From the NCBI GenBank assembly GCA_049517335.1, contig JBEKSD010000001.1:92776-156775 (forward strand): a stretch of DNA of 64,000 nucleotides, written 5' to 3'. Position numbers and translations under genes: made by a program. Below are positions 27,853 to 38,395 of this stretch, one piece after another; position 1 is the first letter of the stretch; every line of letters begins with the position of its first letter. The notes below the pieces were generated by a model that ran no database searches, was not told the DNA's origin, and saw only the letters and a list, made by a program, of their open reading frames with translations. This DNA is from Candidatus Omnitrophota bacterium (GTDB lineage: Bacteria; Omnitrophota; Gorgyraeia; Gygaellales; Profunditerraquicolaceae).

Positions 27853-30396
27853 ATGTCTCCCTTACCGCAAATTCCCGGAGCAAAGAAAAAAGGCGTATTG
27901 TTATTAAGCTCTAAGGAAGACTTTAATAAATTAGATAGTTTTCTTATTAACGATACTGTTTGTATCAGCGGTCCGGCGAAGTCTGCGTTTGATTTAGCCC
28001 GGTCCATAAATGAAAAATATAAAGTTGAAGTTAAGCTCGTAGCTGAGGGTAAATTGGAAGAAACGCTGCCTGTCGGTATTGAAGTAATGAGCAGCCCTAT
28101 TCAGGAAATTGTCGGCGAAGGCAGGGCAGAGGCGGTTAAATTCAAGGACGGGAAAGCCGTCGGTGCTTGTTTAGTTTTATTTACTGAAGACATAATTCAG
28201 GATAAAGGAGAAAATATGGCTGACTTACTTATACAACTGGGGACAAAAGGCACGGACGCGGTATTGAACCTTGCCAAGGATACGTTAAAAAAACAGATTG
28301 CTGAAAAAGGAAAAGATTCTAATATTTCTTTTCCGGAAACGAATTATTATTTTCCGCTTATCAATGCTTTGCTTAATATTGAAGTAAAGACGCTTCAGGA
28401 CTGCGAAAATGCCCTTATCCAGGCGGAAGGCTTAAGCAGTAATAAGCCGGCTAAGAGCGGGTTGAATATCGCTCCTCTTGGGGGGATATTGAATAAAGGG
28501 GTGGCTACATTAATTGCCGAAGAAATACTCGCTGCTTTATTTACTGCCAATAGCGCACATCCTAAGGGCGGGATCGGCTTTATTCCGGATAAGATTTTAC
28601 GTTCTTTAGGTTTACAGTTAGTTGACGGCAGGATTACCGGTATCGCCGTAATCTTAGGCCCGGCAAAAGATGCAGACGCTGCTGCAGATTTAATCCGCGA
28701 TTTCCAGTCTAAGAGCATTGTCAGCCTACTTGCCGGGAATATTAACGGCAATACCTTTCAGAAGCAACTGGAGAGTAAAGGCATTGAAATCGGCTTGGAT
28801 AATTATATTGTTCCACTGGGCGAAGATTACCTGTCGGCGATTTACGCGGTGAACTTCGCGGTAAGGGCGCCGTTAATATACGGAGGCTTTAAGCCCGGGC
28901 AGTGGGAAGGGGTTGCTGATTATATCCGCAACCGTGTGCCTGCGTTCGTTTTACTCTTAGGCCATGTTGATGAAATAATTGTTGCCACTGGTTTGGGTGT
29001 TTTAGCTTTCGGTTTACCGATTATTACGGATTTGGATATTCCTCAATTGGGGAAAATTGATACGACATTATTTGAGGCGCTGGTAACTGAAAAAGATTAT
29101 AAAAAACTGCCTTCAAAATGTATTTTGGCCAGAGGCATTAAAGTTAAAATGGCTGAAGTTGCAATTCCTATTCTTTATGCTGCGGCATTTGAAGGTGAGA
29201 GAGTAAGAAAAGAGCAGCTTTATGTGGAGTTCGGGGGAAAAGCCAGCAGCGCACTTGAGTTCTTAACCGCAAAAAAAGAAGAGGAAGTGGATGACGGCAA
29301 AATTGAATTGATCGGAGCGGACATTGATAAACTGCCACCTGGGAAAAAATCAATGCCTTTGGCAATTGTGGTTGATGTTTTTGGCCGCAAAATGCAAAAG
29401 GATTTTGAGCCGATTTTGGAACGCCAGATACACCGTTTTGTAAATTACGCTATGGGTATTATGCATATGGGCCAGCGCGATATGATCTGGGTGAGAATCA
29501 GCAGGGATGCCTTTAATAAAAGTTTCAGGCTAAAACATCTCGGAGTGGTATTGCACGCGATGCTGCATCAGGAATATAGCGCCATTGTGGATAAAGTGGG
29601 AGTAAAACTTTATACCAATCAGGCGGATGTGGAAAGATTATTAGCTGTCGCCAAGAAAACTTTTGATGAGCGCGATGAGCGTTTAGGCGGGATGACTGAT
29701 GAAAGCGTGGATACCTATTATTCCTGCCTTCTTTGCCAGTCATTTGCCCCGAACCACGTCTGTATTATTACTCCAGAACGCTTGGGGCTTTGCGGTGCCT
29801 ATTCGTGGCTTGACGGAAAAGCTTCTTATGAAATTATGCCTACCGGGCCGAACCAGCCGGTTAAAAAAGGAGCAGTGCTTGATGAGCGGCTGGGTCAGTG
29901 GGAAAACGTCAATGCTTTTGTTAAGGAAAAATCCAATAAGACTATTGATAAAGTAAGCATGTATTCGATGATGGATGGGCCGCAGTCTTCCTGCGGGTGT
30001 TTTGAATGCATCTTGGCGATAATCCCTGAAGCTAACGGAGTAATGATTGTTAACCGCGATTATTCCGGGATGACCCCTAGCGGAATGACCTTTACCACTT
30101 TGGCAGGGTCAGTCGGAGGAGGTGTACAGATACCAGGTTTCCTTGGAGTGGGGAAGTTTTATCTTTTGAGCAGGAAATTTATTTTCGCTGAAGGCGGCTT
30201 AAAGCGCTTAGTCTGGATGCCCAAAGAATTAAAAGAACTTTTAGGGGACAAATTGACCAACCGCGCCAAAGAAATAGGGGAGCCGGATTTAATTGATAAA
30301 ATAGCTGATGAGACTGTTGCCACGACATCCGATGAGCTCCTCAATCATTTACAAAAGGTTAGGCACCCTGCGCTTACGCTGGAGCCGTTGATGTAG
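27853..30396 (+). CDS. acsB: acetyl-CoA synthase catalytic subunit (AcsB/CdhC-type), with an N-terminal extension
   Basis: CLLCQSFAPNHVCIITPERLGLCGA gives the C-x2-C-x8-C-x9-C spacing of the A-cluster [4Fe-4S] ligands. SSCGCFECI gives the Cys-Gly-Cys Ni-binding motif. An N-terminal NYYFPLI region resembles ACS. About 120 in-frame residues precede an internal RBS and ATG at 28216. Confidence 0.75.
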   Translation: MSPLPQIPGAKKKGVLLLSSKEDFNKLDSFLINDTVCISGPAKSAFDLARSINEKYKVEVKLVAEGKLEETLPVGIEVMSSPIQEIVGEGRAEAVKFKDGKAVGACLVLFTEDIIQDKGENMADLLIQLGTKGTDAVLNLAKDTLKKQIAEKGKDSNISFPETNYYFPLINALLNIEVKTLQDCENALIQAEGLSSNKPAKSGLNIAPLGGILNKGVATLIAEEILAALFTANSAHPKGGIGFIPDKILRSLGLQLVDGRITGIAVILGPAKDADAAADLIRDFQSKSIVSLLAGNINGNTFQKQLESKGIEIGLDNYIVPLGEDYLSAIYAVNFAVRAPLIYGGFKPGQWEGVADYIRNRVPAFVLLLGHVDEIIVATGLGVLAFGLPIITDLDIPQLGKIDTTLFEALVTEKDYKKLPSKCILARGIKVKMAEVAIPILYAAAFEGERVRKEQLYVEFGGKASSALEFLTAKKEEEVDDGKIELIGADIDKLPPGKKSMPLAIVVDVFGRKMQKDFEPILERQIHRFVNYAMGIMHMGQRDMIWVRISRDAFNKSFRLKHLGVVLHAMLHQEYSAIVDKVGVKLYTNQADVERLLAVAKKTFDERDERLGGMTDESVDTYYSCLLCQSFAPNHVCIITPERLGLCGAYSWLDGKASYEIMPTGPNQPVKKGAVLDERLGQWENVNAFVKEKSNKTIDKVSMYSMMDGPQSSCGCFECILAIIPEANGVMIVNRDYSGMTPSGMTFTTLAGSVGGGVQIPGFLGVGKFYLLSRKFIFAEGGLKRLVWMPKELKELLGDKLTNRAKEIGEPDLIDKIADETVATTSDELLNHLQKVRHPALTLEPLM

Positions 30397-30421
30397 AGGA
30401 GATTAATCCTTTAAAATCTTC

Positions 30422-30449
30422 TTGACGAAGAACAAACTATATGTATAAT
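30422..30449 (+). promoter_or_regulatory. sigma70-like promoter, TTGACG-16nt-TATAAT
   Basis: Hexamers at 30422-27 and 30444-49, upstream of the TPR gene. Confidence 0.45.
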
Positions 30450-30465
30450 AATACCAACAACTAAT

Positions 30466-31251
30466 ATGCCTAAATCCCGCCAAATAGTTAAAATTACGAA
30501 AATAATACTTGCAATTGGATTTGTATTTTTTATTTTACGCCCTGTTCAGGCTGCCAATGTTTCATCTGCTTCCAATAATGGCGATAAAATTACTGCGCAG
30601 GCAAATGAGACACCTCCCCAGCTGCAAGATATGGCTAGGGGTTACCGTGATCAGGGGCTGACAGCCCAGAATTCCGGGGATATAAATACGGCGATGAAGT
30701 ATTACCAGAAAGCGATTGAGCTTGACTCTTATTATGCCGCGCCTTACAATGATTTAGGGGTTCTTTATGAAGCAGGCGGTTCCATTGACCGGGCAGAGCA
30801 GAGTTACCTTAAAGCCATTGAGATAAATCCGGATTATTTAAGTGCCTACACAAACTTAGCACTGTTCTATGAAAATAAACGCGATTTGAACAAAGCAGGT
30901 TATTATTGGCAAAAAAGGGCGCAATTGGGCCAGCCTGATGATTTCTGGACCCAAAAAGCAAGCCAGCGTGCCGAAGATTTACGCGTAGTCATGTCGGCAA
31001 CGCCGATTAAGGATGCCCGCGAACAGGAAGTCCTTGGGCTTATGAAGGATATTTCCGCTAATAGGTCTTTATTAAATCAGGATAACACTGCTTTAGCAAA
31101 CGACCATTTCCAGAAAGCCAAGAGGTATTATAATAAGGGGGACCTGGCTTCGGCATTTAAGGAAGCGTTAGACGCCCAGTATCTCGACCAGAATAACAGC
31201 GAAATTGAAGAATTCCTGGATAAAATTCAGGAAAGAGCATTATCAAAGTAA
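30466..31251 (+). CDS. secreted TPR-repeat protein
   Basis: Signal peptide (ILAIGFVFFILRPVQA) followed by tetratricopeptide repeats (AMKYYQKAIELD, YLKAIEINPDYLSAY). Confidence 0.7.
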   Translation: MPKSRQIVKITKIILAIGFVFFILRPVQAANVSSASNNGDKITAQANETPPQLQDMARGYRDQGLTAQNSGDINTAMKYYQKAIELDSYYAAPYNDLGVLYEAGGSIDRAEQSYLKAIEINPDYLSAYTNLALFYENKRDLNKAGYYWQKRAQLGQPDDFWTQKASQRAEDLRVVMSATPIKDAREQEVLGLMKDISANRSLLNQDNTALANDHFQKAKRYYNKGDLASAFKEALDAQYLDQNNSEIEEFLDKIQERALSK

Positions 31252-31322
31252 GTTACCACAATCTTTTAGTTTCCTCCCCATAAATCAAGAAAATCGTACG
31301 TGAAAAATTCCGTTAGATAATA

Positions 31323-33776
31323 ATGAGCGATAAGAGATTGTATCTAATTGACGCGACCGCATTCTGCTACCGGGCTTTTTATGCGCTCCCCGGTTTAACA
31401 ACGTCTTCAGGCCAGCCGACGAACGCAGTTTATGGCTTTCTAAATATTCTCAATAAGGTTTTAAAAGAAAAAAAACCGCAATATCTGGCGGTTTGTTTTG
31501 ACGTGTCGCGTAAGACCTTTCGTTCTAAAAAATTTGCCGAATATAAAATCCAGCGCCAGCCGATGCCGGATGACTTGATTAGCCAGATACCCCTGATTAA
31601 AGAGCTGGTTTCTGCTTACGGCCTGCCTTTATTTGAAAAAGAAGGCTTTGAAGCGGACGACATTATCGCGACCTTGGCTAAATCAGCTAAAGCCGAAGGG
31701 CTATTGGTAACGATAGTGAGCAATGATAAGGATATATTACAGCTTGTGGATGACAAAGTTGAAGTCTTCAGCCCTTATAAAGATACGGGGGTAATTTATG
31801 ATATTGAGAAAGTGCGCGAACGTTTCGACGTGTCTCCCGGCCAGATAGCCGATATTATCGCCCTAATGGGCGACAGCGTGGATAATATCCCGGGAGTTAA
31901 GGGAGTGGGCGAAAAGACAGCAAGTTCTTTAATCGCGCAATTTGGTAGCGTTGAAAAACTGCTTGAGCATCCTGAAAAAATAAAACAGGATAAATTAAAA
32001 AGCCTTATTCTTGAAAATATAGAAATGATAAAATTGAACCGCGAGCTTGCGGTTTTATACGCCGATGTTGATATAGAATTTTCACTTGATAAAATTAAAA
32101 TAGGCAGGCCCGATACAAAAGCACTCTATAGGATATTCAAAGCTTTGGAGTTCAGGAAGCTGCTTAAAGAATTCTCTCCTGAGCAGGGATTTGAACCGGC
32201 TGCCGCGGTAAAGCTTAAAGAAGACGAATTAATCATACTTGCAGAGGAAATAAAAAATTATAATAAAGGTATTCTGAAAGATCCCAAGGTTAAAAAGATA
32301 GGCCATGATTTAAAAAAAATAAAGGTGAGCCTTGGGCAAGAGGGAGTAGCTTTTGAGGGTTTGTATTTTGATATTATGATCGCAGCATACCTCCTTAATC
32401 CTTCCCGGATGAGTTATTCATTGGAGGACGTGGCTTTTGATTATCTTAATGCATCCCCTATGGCAGCGCCAGACAGCAAGGCAGCTGAAAACATTATCGC
32501 CCGGTTAAAACCAGTATTGGAAAAAGAGCTTATTGAAAAGGATTTATTTAAGCTTTTCTGCGAACTTGAGATGCCCCTTGTTGGAGTATTATCTGAAATG
32601 GAGCTTTACGGCATAAAGATTGATACGGATTTATTAAAGGATCTTTCTTCGCAGTTAGAGAAGAGGTTGATTAAACTGATTGAAGGCGTTTATGATTTGA
32701 GCGGGACGCAGTTTAATATAAATTCCCCCAAACAGTTAAGGGAGATCCTTTTTGAAAGATTGAAACTCCCCGTTATCAAGAAAACAAAGACCGGGCCGTC
32801 TACGGATGAAGAAGTCTTAAACAGGCTTGCTCATAAGCATAAGCTTCCCGCCCTGCTTTTGGAGTACCGCCAGTTGACTAAATTAAAGAATACCTATATT
32901 GACGCGCTGCCGGCACTTATTGATAAACGCACTGGTAGGATCCATACGTCTTTTAATCAAACCGGCACTGAAACCGGAAGGCTCAGTTCCAGTAACCCTA
33001 ACCTCCAGAATATCCCGGTTAAAACTGATATCGGCAGGAACATTAGGAAAGCAATTGTTGCCGAAGGGAAAGATTATTATCTTATATCAAGCGATTATTC
33101 GCAGGTTGAGCTGAGGATATTGGCCCATCTGTCCAGAGATGAAAAACTGATAACTGCATTCAGGGAGGACAAAGATATTCATAAGGCTACCGCAGCCTCC
33201 CTATACGATGTAGGCGAGCCGGAGGTTGATGACTCAATGCGCGAGACAGCCAAGCGGGTCAATTTCGGGCTTATTTACGGCCAGACTTCTTACGGTTTAA
33301 GCCGGGATTTAAAGATAAGCCCGCCTGATGCGCAAAATTTTATTGACGCTTATTTTATAAAATATCCCCGGGTTCGGGAATATATCAATGCACAGATAGC
33401 CACAGCAGAGGAGCGCGGTTTTGTCACTACTATCCTCGGCCGGCGTAGGTACCTGCCGGAAATTAATAATAAGAATGCAAACATCCGCGCCTTTGCCCAG
33501 CGCCAGGCCGTGAATACTCCGATTCAGGGCTCGGCTGCGGATATGATAAAGCTGGCAATGATCCGTATCCAGGATGAAATAAGGGCGAATAACCTTAAGT
33601 CGCGCCTGGTTATGCAAATTCACGACGAGCTGGTTTTTGAAGCGCCTAAAGATGAACTGAAAGAATTAACCTGCCTTGTGCGCCTTAAGATGGAGAATGT
33701 TTTTAAATTGAATGTTCCGATCAGGGTTGATATAAAACAGGGTAGGAATTGGCTGGAGATGGAGGCAGTCCGATAA
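31323..33776 (+). CDS. polA: DNA polymerase I
   Basis: 5'-nuclease N-terminus (LYLIDATAFCYRAFYAL) and polymerase motifs A, B and C (DYSQVELRILAHLS, RRYLPEINN..RQAVNTPIQGSAAD, QIHDELVFE). Confidence 0.9.
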   Translation: MSDKRLYLIDATAFCYRAFYALPGLTTSSGQPTNAVYGFLNILNKVLKEKKPQYLAVCFDVSRKTFRSKKFAEYKIQRQPMPDDLISQIPLIKELVSAYGLPLFEKEGFEADDIIATLAKSAKAEGLLVTIVSNDKDILQLVDDKVEVFSPYKDTGVIYDIEKVRERFDVSPGQIADIIALMGDSVDNIPGVKGVGEKTASSLIAQFGSVEKLLEHPEKIKQDKLKSLILENIEMIKLNRELAVLYADVDIEFSLDKIKIGRPDTKALYRIFKALEFRKLLKEFSPEQGFEPAAAVKLKEDELIILAEEIKNYNKGILKDPKVKKIGHDLKKIKVSLGQEGVAFEGLYFDIMIAAYLLNPSRMSYSLEDVAFDYLNASPMAAPDSKAAENIIARLKPVLEKELIEKDLFKLFCELEMPLVGVLSEMELYGIKIDTDLLKDLSSQLEKRLIKLIEGVYDLSGTQFNINSPKQLREILFERLKLPVIKKTKTGPSTDEEVLNRLAHKHKLPALLLEYRQLTKLKNTYIDALPALIDKRTGRIHTSFNQTGTETGRLSSSNPNLQNIPVKTDIGRNIRKAIVAEGKDYYLISSDYSQVELRILAHLSRDEKLITAFREDKDIHKATAASLYDVGEPEVDDSMRETAKRVNFGLIYGQTSYGLSRDLKISPPDAQNFIDAYFIKYPRVREYINAQIATAEERGFVTTILGRRRYLPEINNKNANIRAFAQRQAVNTPIQGSAADMIKLAMIRIQDEIRANNLKSRLVMQIHDELVFEAPKDELKELTCLVRLKMENVFKLNVPIRVDIKQGRNWLEMEAVR

Positions 33777-33779
33777 TAA

Positions 33780-35165
33780 ATGAAAATAGCACTCTGCGCT
33801 TCTGAAGTCGTCCCATATGCTAAAACCGGCGGGCTTGCCGATGTGGCAGGAGCTCTTCCGCAGGCATTGGAAAAAGAAGGCGAGGATGTGATAATCATCA
33901 TGCCCAAATATAAAGGCATAGAGGAGCATTTTAAACTCACTAAAGTTTCGGATAATACAGTTTATACTTTACTTGGGAAACAAATAAAAGTTTATTTTAT
34001 TGAAAACGAAGCTTATTTTAACCGCGACGCGCTTTATGGCACAAAAACGGGAGATTATGAAGACAACCTGGAGAGGTTCTCATATTACTCACGAAAGGCG
34101 CTTGCGCTGTTAAAAGAGATAAAGTTTAAAGCCGATATCATTCATGTCCATGACTGGCAGGTCAGCCTGATCCCGGTATATTTAAAGGCTGATTTGGCAA
34201 AAGACTCCTTTTACAGGAATATGCGCACGCTCCTGACAATACACAATATGGGTTATCAGGGGCTTTTTGAGAAAGATGAGTTCCCTAAGCTCGGGCTTAA
34301 CTGGGATTTGTTCAGTATGGAAGGCCTGGAGTTCTTCGGCAGGGTGAATGTTTTAAAGGGTGGGATTATTTTTTCGGATATCATCAATACCGTCAGCCCT
34401 ACTTACAGTAAAGAAATCCGTACTAAGCGTTTCGGGTTTGGCTTGGAGGGCGTATTAAACGAGCGCAAGGATTCTCTCTTTGGAATTTTAAACGGTCTTG
34501 ATTATTCTATCTGGAATCCGGAGCAGGATAGGTTCATTGCCGGGGCATTCTCAGCCAAGAATCCGGAGGAAAAGCTTAAAAATAAAGAAGCCTTGCAAAA
34601 AATCTGCTCGCTCCCGGTTAACAAAGATATCCCTATTATCGGTATGGTTTCCCGCCTTGCGGAGCCTAAGGGTTTTGACATTATTTGCGAAGCTATTGGC
34701 GAAATATGCAGGATGAAGGCCCAAATGGTAATCCTTGGCACGGGAGACCAGAAGTATCATGAGATATTGACACGCATCTCCGGAAAATACCCCAAATCTA
34801 TCTCGTTGAATCTGAAATTCGATGATCCTCTTGCCCATAAGATTTACGCCGGCTCGGACATATTCCTTATGCCTTCCAATTATGAACCGTGCGGCTTAGG
34901 GCAGTTGATTGCCTTTAAATACGGCAGCATACCGCTGGTTTTCAAGACCGGAGGTTTAGCCGACACCGTAAAAAAAGAAAACGGGTTTATTTTTGAAGAT
35001 TATAATAAAGATGCTTTGATTAAAACCATCAAACAGGCGCTGGATTTATTTAAAGATAAGCCGGTATGGGGTTCACTGGTTAGAAAAGCGATGCAGCTTG
35101 ATTTTTCATGGGAAAAGTCAGCGAAGAAGTATCAGGAATTATATGCCAAGGCAAAAGCAAGGTAA
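33780..35165 (+). CDS. glgA: glycogen synthase
   Basis: SEVVPYAKTGGLADV N-terminal motif and GT-B fold C-terminal motifs. Confidence 0.9.
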   Translation: MKIALCASEVVPYAKTGGLADVAGALPQALEKEGEDVIIIMPKYKGIEEHFKLTKVSDNTVYTLLGKQIKVYFIENEAYFNRDALYGTKTGDYEDNLERFSYYSRKALALLKEIKFKADIIHVHDWQVSLIPVYLKADLAKDSFYRNMRTLLTIHNMGYQGLFEKDEFPKLGLNWDLFSMEGLEFFGRVNVLKGGIIFSDIINTVSPTYSKEIRTKRFGFGLEGVLNERKDSLFGILNGLDYSIWNPEQDRFIAGAFSAKNPEEKLKNKEALQKICSLPVNKDIPIIGMVSRLAEPKGFDIICEAIGEICRMKAQMVILGTGDQKYHEILTRISGKYPKSISLNLKFDDPLAHKIYAGSDIFLMPSNYEPCGLGQLIAFKYGSIPLVFKTGGLADTVKKENGFIFEDYNKDALIKTIKQALDLFKDKPVWGSLVRKAMQLDFSWEKSAKKYQELYAKAKAR

Positions 35166-35769
35166 GCCGCTAATCATCGGCATAACCGGTAACTTAGGAT
35201 GCGGGAAAAGCACGGTTGCGCGCTTATTCAGGAAGTCGGGCGCGGAACTTATTGACGCTGATAAACTGGCCCACGATGCAATCAGCTTAAACGGGCCCTG
35301 CTATAAGAAAGTGGTTAAAGTTTTCGGGAACGCGATTCTAACCAAGGGCAAACGTATTGACCGCAGGAAACTGGGGAAGAAAGTATTTGAAGATAAAAGA
35401 CTGCTGTTGCAGCTTAATCGCATAATTCATCCAGAAGTCATCAGGCAGATAAAATTCAAAATAATGGAATCAAGAAAACAAGTAGTCGTCCTTGATGTCC
35501 CTCTTTTGATAGAATCTGGTTTAGATAAAATTGTGGATAAAGTCATAGTGGTTAAAACTGACTTACGACATCAATTGATACGGATAAAAAATAAGCTTTC
35601 GTTGAGTGAATCCGAAGTATCTAAGCGGCTGAACTTCCAGCTGCCTCTTAGAGAAAAGGTTCGTTTGGCGGATTTTGTAATAGATAACAACGGTACGATA
35701 GGAAAAACTAAAAAACACTTTGGAGATATTTTGATATCCTTACTCCACCGGAAGCGGAGTAAGGATTAA
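35143..35769 (+). CDS. coaE: dephospho-CoA kinase
   Basis: IIGITGNLGCGKSTV P-loop. The start is taken at the Met just before this motif; the track's 35098 start would overlap glgA. Confidence 0.85.
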   Translation: MPRQKQGKPLIIGITGNLGCGKSTVARLFRKSGAELIDADKLAHDAISLNGPCYKKVVKVFGNAILTKGKRIDRRKLGKKVFEDKRLLLQLNRIIHPEVIRQIKFKIMESRKQVVVLDVPLLIESGLDKIVDKVIVVKTDLRHQLIRIKNKLSLSESEVSKRLNFQLPLREKVRLADFVIDNNGTIGKTKKHFGDILISLLHRKRSKD

Positions 35770-35814
35770 TTCGCACATCGGTTTACTCTCCGCCTGCGGC
35801 GGCTCGTAAGCCAA

Positions 35815-37092
35815 GTGCTCATTAAGGAGGAAGTAGTGGAAAAGCTGGATATAAAGAATCTGAAACAAATGAAAATCAATGAATTAAACAAGGTGGCTAA
35901 AGAATTGAATGTCAACGGAGTCAGCGGCCTTAAAAAACAGGATCTCATTTTCAAGATCCTTCAGGGCCAAGCGGAAAAAGAAGGGCTGATGTTCGGGGAA
36001 GGCGTACTTGAAATACTGCCGGAAGGGTTCGGGTTCTTACGTTCGCCAAATTACAATTACCTGCCTTGCCCCGATGATATCTATATTTCGCCTTCGCAGA
36101 TACGCAAGTTTGATTTAAGGACAGGGGATACTGTAAGTGGCCAGATTAGGCCTCCGAAGGAGGGAGAGAAATATTTTGCTCTGCTTAAAGTTGAGGCGGT
36201 TAATTTTGAGAATCCGGAAGACGTAAAGGAGAAGGTGCTTTTTGATAATCTTACTCCCGTATATCCTAACCAGCCGTTTATTATGGAGACAAAACCCGAA
36301 GAAATCTCCATGCGCATAATGAGTTTGCTTACCCCCATCGGCAAGGGGCAGCGCGCGCTGATTGTTGCTCAGCCATATAGCGGTAAGACCGTGCTCTTAC
36401 AGAAAATAGCCAACTCTATCACGACGAACCATCCTGACGCGATATTGATTGTTCTCTTAATTGATGAGCGTCCGGAGGAAGTTACGGACATGCAAAGGAA
36501 CGTCAAGGGCGAGGTTATCTCGTCCACTTTTGACGAGCCGCCGGAAAGGCACGTGCAGGTAGCGGAAATTGTCCTTGAAAAAGCAAAGAGGCTGGTAGAG
36601 CATAAGCGTGACGTAATTATCCTGCTTGACTCTATTACCCGCCTGGCGCGCGCTTACAACTCGGTTGTGCCTCACAGCGGCAAGGTCTTATCAGGAGGTA
36701 TTGACTCAAATGCCCTGCAGAAACCAAAGAGGTTTTTCGGAGCTGCTAGAGCAGTGGATGAAGGAGGAAGCCTGACAATTATTGCTACTGCTTTAGTTGA
36801 TACCGGAAGTCGTATGGATGAAGTTATCTTTGAGGAATTCAAAGGCACGGGTAACATGGAAATCCAGCTTGACCGTAACCTTTTCCAACGCAGGATTTAC
36901 CCGGCAATTGATATCAAGCGCTCCAATACCCGGCATGAAGAACTTTTGGTCAAGCCTGATGTCTTGCAGAAGACATGGATTTTAAGGAAAGTTTTGAATG
37001 AATTAAACAACGTTGAAGCAATGGAACTGCTAATTGAGAAATTAGGAAAAACTAAAAATAATGAGGAATTTTTGGCCAGTATGAACCAATAA
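35815..37092 (+). CDS. rho: transcription termination factor Rho
   Basis: [47 protein letters not shown], and the RecA-like ATPase core. An alternative GTG start at 35836 sits right after AGGAGG. Confidence 0.9.
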   Translation: MLIKEEVVEKLDIKNLKQMKINELNKVAKELNVNGVSGLKKQDLIFKILQGQAEKEGLMFGEGVLEILPEGFGFLRSPNYNYLPCPDDIYISPSQIRKFDLRTGDTVSGQIRPPKEGEKYFALLKVEAVNFENPEDVKEKVLFDNLTPVYPNQPFIMETKPEEISMRIMSLLTPIGKGQRALIVAQPYSGKTVLLQKIANSITTNHPDAILIVLLIDERPEEVTDMQRNVKGEVISSTFDEPPERHVQVAEIVLEKAKRLVEHKRDVIILLDSITRLARAYNSVVPHSGKVLSGGIDSNALQKPKRFFGAARAVDEGGSLTIIATALVDTGSRMDEVIFEEFKGTGNMEIQLDRNLFQRRIYPAIDIKRSNTRHEELLVKPDVLQKTWILRKVLNELNNVEAMELLIEKLGKTKNNEEFLASMNQ

Positions 37093-37118
37093 TTTAGTAC
37101 TCAGAAGGAGGAATCAAA

Positions 37119-37319
37119 ATGAAAGAAAAGATACATCCTAACTACAAGGAAAGTACGGTTATATGCGCCTGCGGAGAGACAATCCATACCCGTTCTACAA
37201 AGCCGAGCATAAGAGTGGAGATCTGCTCTAAATGCCATCCTTTTTTTACCGGGAAGCAGAAATTCGTTGATTCGGCGGGCCGCGTGGACAAGTTTATGAA
37301 AAAATACGGGAAAAAATAA
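37119..37319 (+). CDS. rpmE: 50S ribosomal protein L31
   Basis: MKEKIHPNY..Cx[13 protein letters not shown]. Confidence 0.9.
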   Translation: MKEKIHPNYKESTVICACGETIHTRSTKPSIRVEICSKCHPFFTGKQKFVDSAGRVDKFMKKYGKK

Positions 37320-37327
37320 TTAGCTAT

Positions 37328-38395
37328 ATGTTAGATAAGCTGAGTAAATTTGAAGCCCGCCATAAGGAGATTGAGGAGCAGCTTTCGCTTCCCGAGATAT
37401 CTTCTGATATCGACAAATCCACCAAGCTTGCCAAGGAACTTGCGGAGCTAAGGGGGCCGGTTATGCTTGCGCGTTCTTACAGACAGGTCTTAAAAGAGAT
37501 TGAAGACCTACAGGGTGTTTTAAAAGAAAAACACGATAAGGATTTTCTGGAGTTGGTAAAAATAGAAGAACGCGATTTGGGGATAAGAAAACAGGAATTA
37601 GAAACTGCCATAAAAAAATATCTGGCAGGCGATGATAAAGACGCAGGCCGGGATATTATCGTGGAGGTTCGGCCGGGAACAGGAGGGGATGAGGCAGGTA
37701 TTTTTGCCGCTGACCTTTACCGTATGTATACTAAATACGCGGCTAAAAAGGGCTGGCAAGTTGAAGAGATGGGGGGCAGTTTTAATGAAGCCGGCGGCGT
37801 AAAGGAGGTAATTTTCAGCGTAAAAGGCTCTGACGCTTATAGGCGTCTGAAATTTGAAAGCGGCGTGCATAGGGTGCAGCGCGTACCGGTAACCGAAGCG
37901 CAGGGTAGGGTGCATACTTCTACTGCTTCCGTCGTTGTTTACGTTGAGCCTCAGGAAGTTGATTTAGTGATTGAGCCGAAAGATCTACGGATTGATACTT
38001 ACCGCTCAAGCGGCCCCGGCGGCCAGCATATGCAAAAGACGGATTCAGCGGTGCGCATCACGCATATCCCATCAGGGGTTGTGGTCGCTTGCCAGGATGA
38101 ACGCTCGCAGTTAAAAAATAAAAATAAGGCAATGAGGATCCTTGCCGCAAAGCTCCTGGACAGAAAGAAAGAAGATGAAGCCAAGAAGCTTTCTACTGCC
38201 CGTAAGACCCAGATTGGGACAGGAGACAGAAGCGAAAAAATACGCACTTATAATTTTCCGGATAGAAGGGTTACCGACCACCGTATTAATTATACCTCTC
38301 ATCAGCTGGAATCTATTCTGGAAGGAGATTTGGATGAATTTACCGAAGCCCTGATTAAAGCTGAACAGGAGAAAAGAGAGCAGACAGGTGAATGA
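37328..38395 (+). CDS. prfA: peptide chain release factor 1
   Basis: SGPGGQHMQKTDSAVRITHIPSG (GGQ motif) and the RF1-type domain layout. Confidence 0.9.
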   Translation: MLDKLSKFEARHKEIEEQLSLPEISSDIDKSTKLAKELAELRGPVMLARSYRQVLKEIEDLQGVLKEKHDKDFLELVKIEERDLGIRKQELETAIKKYLAGDDKDAGRDIIVEVRPGTGGDEAGIFAADLYRMYTKYAAKKGWQVEEMGGSFNEAGGVKEVIFSVKGSDAYRRLKFESGVHRVQRVPVTEAQGRVHTSTASVVVYVEPQEVDLVIEPKDLRIDTYRSSGPGGQHMQKTDSAVRITHIPSGVVVACQDERSQLKNKNKAMRILAAKLLDRKKEDEAKKLSTARKTQIGTGDRSEKIRTYNFPDRRVTDHRINYTSHQLESILEGDLDEFTEALIKAEQEKREQTGE

